The notes under the pieces were generated by a model that searched no databases, was not told where the DNA came from, and saw only the letters and a list, made by a program, of their open reading frames with translations. From assembly GCA_002707765.1 (NCBI GenBank), contig PANV01000004.1, positions 32,868 to 80,960 of the forward strand: a DNA stretch of 48,093 nucleotides, read 5' to 3'. Every line of letters starts with the position of its first letter. Positions within the stretch are counted from its first letter, which is position 1. Both the position numbers and the translations under genes were made by a program. Of the stretch, positions 38,232-45,728 are shown piece after piece. This stretch comes from Fidelibacterota bacterium. Lineage in GTDB: Bacteria > Fidelibacterota > Marinisomatia > SCGC-AAA003-L08 > D37C17.

Positions 38232-38779
38232 TTAGACATACACCCGTTAATATTTCAAAAAATATATGCTATGGAAGATTAGATGTTCCATTATTAGATA
38301 GCTTTAATGATGATATATGGAAAATCAAAAATCAATTATTGAATAAATATGATATTGTCTATAGTAGCCCAGCAAAAAGGTGTATTGCTCTAGCTGAATC
38401 TCTAAAATTTGGTGAGATTATAAAAGATAAAAGATTGCTTGAGATAGACTTTGGAGATTGGGAAGGTATTGAATGGGATCAAATTGATAAAAATCTATTA
38501 AATCATTGGATGGAAGACTTTGTAAATGTTGCACCTACTAATGGAGAATCATTTAATGAAATGTATCTCAGAGTTAGTAATTTTATAGAAACGTTGAGAA
38601 ATAAGGATTTTAATGAAGTATTAATTGTTTCTCATTCTGGAGTGATAAGGTGTTTTTTAGCCTATTTACTAAAATTTCCATTAGATAATTCTTTTAAAAT
38701 ACCAATTGGATTTCATGAGCAATATATATTTAAAATTGATTCAGATCCATTATTGGATTCAATACTTAAGATGAAATAA
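38216..38779 (+). CDS. cobC: Alpha-ribazole phosphatase (histidine phosphatase family)
   Basis: LIRHTPV (RHG-type catalytic His), SSPAKRC, ...VSHSGVIR. ATG 38216 (MEVHLIRH) is preferred over the track start 38186; it overlaps the cobS end by 16 nt. Confidence 0.8.
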   Translation: MEVHLIRHTPVNISKNICYGRLDVPLLDSFNDDIWKIKNQLLNKYDIVYSSPAKRCIALAESLKFGEIIKDKRLLEIDFGDWEGIEWDQIDKNLLNHWMEDFVNVAPTNGESFNEMYLRVSNFIETLRNKDFNEVLIVSHSGVIRCFLAYLLKFPLDNSFKIPIGFHEQYIFKIDSDPLLDSILKMK

Positions 38780-38784
38780 ATTAA

Positions 38785-39624
38785 TTATTTTCTTAGTTTT
38801 TCTCTTATAGGTTTTTCAGTTTCCGTAACAATTTTTTTCCCATCACCTAGAGCTTTATTTAGTTCTTTTATTCCCCTAACAAGCTTAATCAGACCTTGAG
38901 GTTCAACAGAACACATTTGATCTGTACCCCACATAGTTCTATCAAGTGTTATATGACGTTCAATTATAGTGGCACCTAAACATACAGAAGCAATAGTTGT
39001 TGTTAGGCCGAATTCATGGCCACTATATCCTACTTCGCAGTTATATTTATCCTTTAAAGTTTTTATACAATTTAGATTTAATTCATCATTTGGAGCTGGA
39101 TAAGTAGAATTACAGTGAAGTATTGCATATTTAGCTTCAGTATTAACTTTTTTTATTGTATCAACAGCATTATCAATTTCCTCTATAGTGCTCATGCCTG
39201 TAGATATAATTATTTTTTTACCAGTTTTGACAGATTCTTTGATTAATTCTAAATCTGTTAGTAAAGCAGAAGGAATTTTTATGAACGGAATATCATATTG
39301 ATTTAGAAAATCCAAACTATCCAAGTCCCATGGTGAAGCGGACCATTTAATATCTTTTTCTTTGCAATAAATATCAATTTCATCATATTGATTTTGGTTG
39401 AATTCAACCTTATACTTATAATCTAAATATGTCATTCTTCCCCATGGAGTATCTCTCATTATTGTCTTCTGATGTTCAGGTACACAAACATCAGGATTTC
39501 TTTTTTGGAATTTGACAACATCACAGCCAGCTACTTTGGCTATATCGATTAATTTTTTTGCAATGGACATATCCCCATTGTGATTTATTCCAATTTCAGC
39601 TATTATATATATTTCTTTTTTCAT
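38785..39624 (-). CDS. NeuB-family (sialic/nonulosonic acid synthase-like) TIM-barrel enzyme lacking the C-terminal SAF domain
   Basis: 279 aa: IIAEIGINHNGDMSIAKKLIDIAKVAGCDVVKFQ, LHCNSTYPAP, GYSGHEFG and IIERHITLD. The protein ends at the position where NeuB enzymes continue into the SAF/antifreeze-like domain. Confidence 0.75.
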   Translation of the reverse strand: MKKEIYIIAEIGINHNGDMSIAKKLIDIAKVAGCDVVKFQKRNPDVCVPEHQKTIMRDTPWGRMTYLDYKYKVEFNQNQYDEIDIYCKEKDIKWSASPWDLDSLDFLNQYDIPFIKIPSALLTDLELIKESVKTGKKIIISTGMSTIEEIDNAVDTIKKVNTEAKYAILHCNSTYPAPNDELNLNCIKTLKDKYNCEVGYSGHEFGLTTTIASVCLGATIIERHITLDRTMWGTDQMCSVEPQGLIKLVRGIKELNKALGDGKKIVTETEKPIREKLRK

Positions 39625-39727
39625 TTTAGAATACTCATTAATTAATAAATTGTAGATTATACGTTGGGAATATACAAGTTCTTGTAAAAATTAAGTATAA
39701 CTTTTTTGGAACATAATCAATTAACTT

Positions 39728-40327
39728 TTGTTTCAGATACAAATGATATTTTCACTTGATAAAATTAAAAATATAAAATTAGCAGCAGATTCAATAAATA
39801 AAGGTAAAATTATTATCTATTCTACTGATACGTTATATGGTTTTGGCGTAGATGCTACCAATGATGAGTGCGTGAAAAAATTAAATGATATTAAAGGTAG
39901 AATGCAGCCATATTCTATTATTGTAAGCTCGTTTGATATGTTAAAAAAATATGCCAAAACTGATAATAAAACTATTCAGAAATTAGAAGAAATTTTACCT
40001 GGACCATTTACGGCAATTTTAAATAAAAATAATTCCAATTTATCAAAATATGTTTCTAATAATTTATCAACGATTGGCATAAGAATTCCTGATTTTAAAC
40101 CTATTCTGAAAGTAGTAGATTTAATAGATAAGCCAATTATAACAACAAGCGTTAATATTCATAATCAAAAATCTTTAAACTCGATTAAAGAAATTCAAAG
40201 ACAATTTCCAGATTTTGATATTTTTAGTAATCATATCCAAAAAAAATCTAAAGGTTCAACTATTATAGATTTTTCTAAATCAGAATATAAAATTTTAAGA
40301 CAAGGAGATGGAGAAGCTAAAATATGA
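39728..40327 (+). CDS. tsaC: L-threonylcarbamoyladenylate synthase (YrdC/TsaC type, single domain)
   Basis: 199 aa: GKIIIYSTDTLYGFGVDA, KGRMQPYSI, PGPFTAIL, IGIRIP and TTSVN. The track start is TTG 39728; an ATG at 39743 is an alternative. Confidence 0.85.
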   Translation: MFQIQMIFSLDKIKNIKLAADSINKGKIIIYSTDTLYGFGVDATNDECVKKLNDIKGRMQPYSIIVSSFDMLKKYAKTDNKTIQKLEEILPGPFTAILNKNNSNLSKYVSNNLSTIGIRIPDFKPILKVVDLIDKPIITTSVNIHNQKSLNSIKEIQRQFPDFDIFSNHIQKKSKGSTIIDFSKSEYKILRQGDGEAKI

Positions 40328-42141
40328 AAGTATATTTAAGATTATTGAGTTTTGTTAAACCATTTAAAATTTTTGTTTTTTTCTCTATCATATCTTCGGT
40401 TTTATATGTTTTAACCAATGGTTTATCGCTTTGGATTATTGGTTCATTACTTAGTTCAGTTATGAGTGATAGTATTACAAATCTTCAGACTATTAATCCT
40501 AACTCATTTACTGATCGAATAAATAATTTTTTATTTTCTTATATTAATACAAATAATAGAATGGATTTACTGAAGTTTTTAAGTTATTCATTACTTCTAT
40601 CTTTCTTTTTTAAAAATATATTTTTCTATATTAATAATGTATCTCTTTCGTATGCTCAAAATGGCATAATTGCTTCTATTAGAAATAAGATATTTATCAA
40701 GTATCAAAATCTTTCTTTAAATTTTTTTAAGAATAAAAAAACTTCAGATTTAACTTCAATATTAATTCATGATGTAGGAATTATAAAAAATACATTTAAT
40801 CAAACAGTTCAAAATTTATTTAATCAACCACTTAATGTATTATTTTTTTTAATAACATTAATATTAATTAATCTTCAATTAACTCTCATTTGTTTCATCG
40901 TAATACCTGTTTCAGTTTTTATAACAGTTAAATTAAGCGCTAGTATAAGAAGAAAAGCAATGCGTTCAACAAAGCAAACTGCAAAGCTCATGAATGTTGT
41001 TATCGAGAATATTTCTAATGTTAAAATTGTAAAAGCATTTACAAGTCAGTTAAATCAAATTAAGAAGTTCGATAAGTTTAATTCTAATCTATTTTCAAAA
41101 GAATTTAGACTTGAAAGTTTAAGATTTTTAAATACACCAATACTTGATATGATGGGAGCTTTGATTGGAGCATTATTATTGCTATTTGGCGGTAAACTTG
41201 TCCTTGTAAACCAAAGTTTATCTCCTGATGGATTTATTAAATTTTTTACATTCTTATTTGCAATGTTTCAGCCAGCAAAAAAAATTGCTAATGTTAATGC
41301 TGAAATAAATAGAGGAATATCATCTGCAGAGAGGGTTTTTAATATATTAGATACAACAGAGATAGAAGAATTTGATGATAACTCAAAAATTGAAATTGAT
41401 AAAATTGATAAGATTGATTTTAAAGATGTTACATTTTCATATGATAAAAAAGTTAATGTTTTAAAAAATATTAATGTATCAATAAAAAAAGGAGACTTTA
41501 TAGCTTTAGTTGGAGAAAGTGGATCAGGTAAAACAACATTTTCAGATTTAATCATGAATTTTCATCATTTAGAAAATGGAAATATAAATATTGATGATAT
41601 AGATATTAGAGATATAAATGTAAACTCTTTAAGGCAAAAAATTGGTTTAGTTTCTCAAGATAGTATACTTTTTAATGATACTGTTTCTAATAATATAAAA
41701 TTAGGAAGTCCAAAATCAAGCGATAAAGATATTTATGAATCAGTAAAAAAAGCTAATGCATTTGAATTTATTGAAAAAATGTCAGATAAATTTGATACTA
41801 ATATTGGCGAAAAAGGTATTAGAATTTCTGGTGGCCAAAAACAAAGATTAGCTATTGCTAGAGCAATTATTAAAAATCCTGATATATTAATTTTAGATGA
41901 AGCAACCTCTGCTTTAGATTCTAAGTCCGAGAAAAAAATTCAAGAAGCAATAGATTCTTTTTCTAATGAAATGACACTCATTATAATTGCACACCGATTA
42001 TCTACTATAAAAAAAGCTGATAAAATATTATTTTTTGATAATGGAGAGATTATAGAAAATGGCACTCATGAAGAATTGATGAAATTAAATGAAAAGTATA
42101 AAAAATTATACGATTTGCAGTTTGGGGTAAAGGATGAATAG
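40324..42141 (+). CDS. ABC exporter, fused permease/ATPase (MsbA-like lipid/glycolipid flippase family)
   Basis: 605 aa. Six N-terminal TM segments, GESGSGKTT (Walker A), ISGGQKQRLAIARA (signature), ILILDEATSALD (Walker B) and IAHRLST. ATGA overlap with the tsaC stop. Confidence 0.85.
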   Translation: MKVYLRLLSFVKPFKIFVFFSIISSVLYVLTNGLSLWIIGSLLSSVMSDSITNLQTINPNSFTDRINNFLFSYINTNNRMDLLKFLSYSLLLSFFFKNIFFYINNVSLSYAQNGIIASIRNKIFIKYQNLSLNFFKNKKTSDLTSILIHDVGIIKNTFNQTVQNLFNQPLNVLFFLITLILINLQLTLICFIVIPVSVFITVKLSASIRRKAMRSTKQTAKLMNVVIENISNVKIVKAFTSQLNQIKKFDKFNSNLFSKEFRLESLRFLNTPILDMMGALIGALLLLFGGKLVLVNQSLSPDGFIKFFTFLFAMFQPAKKIANVNAEINRGISSAERVFNILDTTEIEEFDDNSKIEIDKIDKIDFKDVTFSYDKKVNVLKNINVSIKKGDFIALVGESGSGKTTFSDLIMNFHHLENGNINIDDIDIRDINVNSLRQKIGLVSQDSILFNDTVSNNIKLGSPKSSDKDIYESVKKANAFEFIEKMSDKFDTNIGEKGIRISGGQKQRLAIARAIIKNPDILILDEATSALDSKSEKKIQEAIDSFSNEMTLIIIAHRLSTIKKADKILFFDNGEIIENGTHEELMKLNEKYKKLYDLQFGVKDE

Positions 42142-42787
42142 TGTTATCATTTTGGCTGGAGGTGAGGGCAAAAGATTAAATTCTCAAATTCCGAAACAAT
42201 TTATTAAAATAGATCATAGAAGAATTATTGATTTCTCAATAAATGAATTTAAAAAAAATAAAAATGTTGATGAGATTATTTTAGTTTTCCCCAAAAAATT
42301 CATTGATTCTTTTGGTAAAGAATATAAAGATTATAAATTAACACATGGTGGTAAAGAAAGAAATCATTCAACACAAAATGGCTTGTTATTGTGCTCTTAT
42401 AAATCTGAAAATGTTCTCATTCATGATGCTGCTAGACCCTTAATTAGTCAAAAATTAATTGATGATAGTATAAATCTTTTAAGTAAATACGATGCTGTGG
42501 CCCCTTATGTAGATATAGATGACTCATTAATAGAATTAGATACTAAAATAAAGTATCTTGATAGGAGTAAAATTAAATCAATACAAACACCGCAATCATT
42601 TAAAAAGAAAATTTTTGAAAAAGTAATTTTGAAATCAAAAAAAGGATATACCGATGATATGTCAGCTTTGATAAATCATAATCAAAATTTTAATGTAAAA
42701 TTTTTTAAAGGTAATAAATTAAATTTTAAAATAACTACTGATATAGATTTACATAATTTTAAAAATATTTTAAAAAATGAAAAATAA
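42134..42787 (+). CDS. ispD: IspD/TarI-family cytidylyltransferase (2-C-methyl-D-erythritol-4-phosphate or ribitol-5-phosphate type)
   Basis: 217 aa: VIILAGGEGKRL..IPKQF, GGKERNHS, IHDAARP, IQTPQSF, TDDMS and KGNKLNFKITTDIDL. This lines up motif for motif with E. coli IspD as I recall it. The TarI-type alternative cannot be excluded from sequence alone. Confidence 0.7.
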   Translation: MNSVIILAGGEGKRLNSQIPKQFIKIDHRRIIDFSINEFKKNKNVDEIILVFPKKFIDSFGKEYKDYKLTHGGKERNHSTQNGLLLCSYKSENVLIHDAARPLISQKLIDDSINLLSKYDAVAPYVDIDDSLIELDTKIKYLDRSKIKSIQTPQSFKKKIFEKVILKSKKGYTDDMSALINHNQNFNVKFFKGNKLNFKITTDIDLHNFKNILKNEK

Positions 42788-43619
42788 AATATCAATAATA
42801 ATATCACATTATTACCCTGATACTAAAGATTTTAAAAATCCATTATTAGAAACTTTAAAATCTATTGATAAAGAGAATCTAGACCCTAAAAATTTTGAAG
42901 TTATAATTGCGGATGATGGATCTCATTATTCAAAATCAATAATTGATAATTATAGTAAAAAAATAAAAATCAAAAATGACTCACGTTCTATTTATTTAGC
43001 TGAAAATGAAAGTTTGAATCATTTTTTTAAAAAAAAATTCGTTCAATATGATTTTATAAAGAAATGGATTTATTTACCTAAACTTAAAAGTTGTATGTCA
43101 AAATCAAGAGTTCTTAATTATGCTGTAAAAAAATCATCATTTGAGAATTTATTATTTTTAGATGATGATAATTATTTTATTTCTGATAACTCAATTGCAC
43201 ATACAATGCAATTATTCAATGATTACAACTTTATTGTTGGCCAAATAAAAGATAATAACGGTAGACTTAGAAAGTTTACAAGCAATAGAGTTCAGGGTAC
43301 TACCATTGCAATAAATAAGAAAATTTTATTGGATGTAGGGGGTTTTGGAGAGTGGACAGAAGAATTTTCTTGCGGAATTGATTCTGATTTATGGATTAAA
43401 CTTTTCAATCATTATAAACACAATCAATTTAATGCATGTTTTACAAATAAAATTTCTACATTTGATAGTCATTCAAAAAGATGGGGTAAATATACTTCTT
43501 TATTTAAAGATTTCAAGTTAAAGAAAAAGTTTTTTGAACTGTATAGTTGTAAAAATTATAAAAGCAAGATACATAATGAATCTAGAAATAAAATATTATG
43601 GATAAAAAATATAATTTAA
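42777..43619 (+). CDS. Family 2 glycosyltransferase
   Basis: 280 aa: ISIIISHYYPD, FEVIIADDGS and LFLDDDNYF (DxD). Overlaps neighbours on both sides. Confidence 0.75.
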   Translation: MKNKISIIISHYYPDTKDFKNPLLETLKSIDKENLDPKNFEVIIADDGSHYSKSIIDNYSKKIKIKNDSRSIYLAENESLNHFFKKKFVQYDFIKKWIYLPKLKSCMSKSRVLNYAVKKSSFENLLFLDDDNYFISDNSIAHTMQLFNDYNFIVGQIKDNNGRLRKFTSNRVQGTTIAINKKILLDVGGFGEWTEEFSCGIDSDLWIKLFNHYKHNQFNACFTNKISTFDSHSKRWGKYTSLFKDFKLKKKFFELYSCKNYKSKIHNESRNKILWIKNII

Positions 43620-44146
43620 CTCAATTTTCTCATAGTCTTACTTTAGATCAATCAATTAATGTTAATATTAAAATAAAATCATGCTTAGAAGAGTTAGATG
43701 TAAATGAATTTATTAATTTTTACAAAATAAGTAATTTTTGGACTGGAAAATTTTTTATAAAGAGAATAATTAATAAAATTTTTAAGTATCAAATTAAGAA
43801 AAAAATGATTTGGAATAAAAACTTTTGGAGTTTAGTTAATATTAGGGTTTTTAATACAAGTATGAGTATAAATGAGAATTTAGATTTAGAAAAAGTTTTG
43901 ATTCATAAGACTTCTAATAAGAGGTATAGTGATATAATAAAATATAAAAATTTTTTACTTAAAGATAAAAATATGGGAATGCCACTATATATAACGGGAA
44001 AATCTTTAAATATATTAGGAGCAAAATTTAGATCAAATGAAGTTTTTATTTTGGATGGCTCTAGAAGGTTATCTGCAAATATTATTTTAGGTAAAAATCC
44101 ACAAATTATTATAATTGAAGCAAAAAATAAACTAAATGAAGAATAA
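43598..44146 (+). CDS. Hypothetical protein with a C-terminal ParB/Srx-like motif
   Basis: 182 aa, Lys/Asn-rich. The only recognisable element is MPLYITG...VFILDGSRRLSANIILGKNPQIIIIE, which resembles the ParB N-domain core (h-h-x-G-x-R-R-x-x-A-x-x-x-x-G-x-x-x-h-x-h-I). It is embedded by overlaps in the operon. Confidence 0.35.
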   Translation: MDKKYNLTQFSHSLTLDQSINVNIKIKSCLEELDVNEFINFYKISNFWTGKFFIKRIINKIFKYQIKKKMIWNKNFWSLVNIRVFNTSMSINENLDLEKVLIHKTSNKRYSDIIKYKNFLLKDKNMGMPLYITGKSLNILGAKFRSNEVFILDGSRRLSANIILGKNPQIIIIEAKNKLNEE

Positions 44147-44918
44147 AAATCAAATTTTGATTGATAATAATGAATTATTAAAAATTATTCAAAAATCAAT
44201 TAATAACAATACACCTTTGTCAGTTATTAGAAAAGGAGATGGAGAAAATGTAATTATTGGATTTAATGTAATCCATGGAATTAAAATTATCAAATATTTA
44301 AGAAAATTAAGGCATTTCAATATCAGATTATTCAATTTAAAATTTCAGAAATTTTTGAAGAAAGAATTAGTTAAGTCTTTTTTAAATGCTGATTATCTTG
44401 GTGTAGCAAAAGATCATTCATACAGTAGTATACGTAAGTTTGATAAATCTATATCTCAATATTATAAATTTAATACAAAGAATTTCGTTGATAGTCACTT
44501 CCATTTAGAATTTGTTAAAAATCCTAATAATCATGATTTAATAAATGAAAATGCTCAGAAAATTATATCAAATAAAAACATTGGATTGATTTCACATAAA
44601 AATATTAAGTCTTTTTTGAATTACCATAATTCTAAACTTATTGTGCAATATCATCTGCCTCAAAGAGATGCTGGACCATTTAATAAAATGGATTTTAAAA
44701 AATATTATAATATAATTGAGGGTATTGAGAAGAATAATCAAAATGTGGATATATGGTTATTAGCTGCGGGTCCTTATGCTAAATTATTTAGTAATTATAT
44801 AAAAATAATTGGAGGCATTGGATTAGATCTTGGTTCTGCGGTAGATACGTGGGCAGGAGAGTATCATAGTAGAAAATATTTGAGAGAAATATTTGATAAA
44901 AAAAGTTTAAAAAACTAA
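44136..44918 (+). CDS. Putative GT-D-fold (DUF1792-like) glycosyltransferase
   Basis: 260 aa: LSVIRKGDGENVII matches the S-x-x-R-x-GDGE (DxE) N-terminal motif I recall for DUF1792. WLLAAGPYAKLFSNYIKIIGGIGLDLGSAVDTW matches its second conserved block (GP-x-AK...G-x-x-x-x-D-x-G). Confidence 0.5.
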   Translation: MKNKNQILIDNNELLKIIQKSINNNTPLSVIRKGDGENVIIGFNVIHGIKIIKYLRKLRHFNIRLFNLKFQKFLKKELVKSFLNADYLGVAKDHSYSSIRKFDKSISQYYKFNTKNFVDSHFHLEFVKNPNNHDLINENAQKIISNKNIGLISHKNIKSFLNYHNSKLIVQYHLPQRDAGPFNKMDFKKYYNIIEGIEKNNQNVDIWLLAAGPYAKLFSNYIKIIGGIGLDLGSAVDTWAGEYHSRKYLREIFDKKSLKN

Positions 44919-45521
44919 TTATTTTTCTTTGAATATAGTAAATTCAGTTAAGTCCCTATACCCTCCATATTCACCTAAATCATCCTTATGTTTAGGATAA
45001 TTTTGCATTAGAGCCAAGCCATGTGCTGCTTGCTGGGGTGTCATATACATATTCCAACCCAACATATCAATATCATCATCTTTATAAAACTTTTCACTTC
45101 TTCCTTCATATCTTGCTTTTTTAAACCATTCAAATGCTTTTTTATCATCAGTTAATATCATACCACCCTTACCAATGCCAAGCTGTTTTTTTATATGGAA
45201 AGATAAGCACATATATGATTTTTTAATATACATATTAGAAGTAAGTCTTTTAGCTGCATCATAAATTGGATAAGGTTTTAATCGGTAAATCCCACTCCAA
45301 TGAATATCTTGAAAAATAACATTGCCTCCAGCATGTATTACAGACATTGGTACAGAGACATATGTATGCTTTGGAATAATGACATCTTTCACCTGCAAAT
45401 ATTTACAACACAAAAATAATGCATTTGTACAACTATCAACTGAAACTGCATATTTTGCACCAGTATATGCTGCAATTTCTTCTTCAAGCATTTTAACTAT
45501 TTTATAAGGGTTATTTTTCAT
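44919..45521 (-). CDS. Short DegT/DnrJ/EryC1/StrS-like (sugar aminotransferase-like) protein
   Basis: 200 aa: LEEEIAAYTGAKYAVSVDSCTNALFLC, YDAAKRL, CLSFHIKKQLGIGKGGMILTDD and GWNMYMTPQQAAHGL follow the DegT motif order (FE..FA.Y.G.KYAV.V.SGT.AL / DAAH / SFH..K....GEGG...T.D / G.N.RM...QAA.G). Both the N-terminal ~40 aa and the C-terminal ~100 aa of typical members are absent. Confidence 0.6.
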   Translation of the reverse strand: MKNNPYKIVKMLEEEIAAYTGAKYAVSVDSCTNALFLCCKYLQVKDVIIPKHTYVSVPMSVIHAGGNVIFQDIHWSGIYRLKPYPIYDAAKRLTSNMYIKKSYMCLSFHIKKQLGIGKGGMILTDDKKAFEWFKKARYEGRSEKFYKDDDIDMLGWNMYMTPQQAAHGLALMQNYPKHKDDLGEYGGYRDLTEFTIFKEK

Positions 45522-45524
45522 TAT

Positions 45525-45686
45525 TAAGTTTGATATTTTTTAACAAAATTCACATTTAATGTTAAAGTATCTTACTGAAGAATCAAAGATGTTTGATACT
45601 TTCTTAAGAATTTTAAAAATCATTAAGTTATTTTTCTATTTAAATCACTTTTGATTGATGCCTAACTTTATCTAATATCAAACTTA
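45525..45686. repeat. 162-bp intergenic segment bounded by a perfect 13-bp inverted repeat, with a nested 8-bp inverted repeat
   Basis: Read directly: TAAGTTTGATATT at 45525-45537 and its exact reverse complement AATATCAAACTTA at 45674-45686. The inner pair is AAAGTATC (45564-45571) / GATACTTT (45595-45602). The segment fills most of the only long spacer (207 bp) in this part of the window. Confidence 0.85.
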
Positions 45687-45728
45687 TTAAATCGAATATA
45701 TAAATTTGATTATATTTGTATCAAGTAT

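Noticed and set aside
42134-42787. Treating the IspD-like gene as definitely part of the glycan pathway (CDP-ribitol or CDP-glycerol synthase).
   Set aside because: Its motifs match housekeeping IspD equally well, and the genome needs one if it uses the MEP pathway. Context is suggestive, but I keep it as ambiguous IspD/TarI.
3118-45507. Other short embedded or antisense track ORFs: 3118-3360, 5187-5420, 12622-12870, 13048-13269, 13846-14061, 14314-14511, 15227-15454, 16413-16622, 20328-20576, 21575-21757, 23683-23868, 25051-25236, 28459-28653, 29286-29468, 30897-31115, 31069-31260, 33749-34057, 41268-41555 and 45322-45507.
   Set aside because: Each is nested inside a longer ORF with clear family motifs on the other strand or frame. 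Their translations are hydrophobic or low-complexity, as expected from AT-rich shadow frames.
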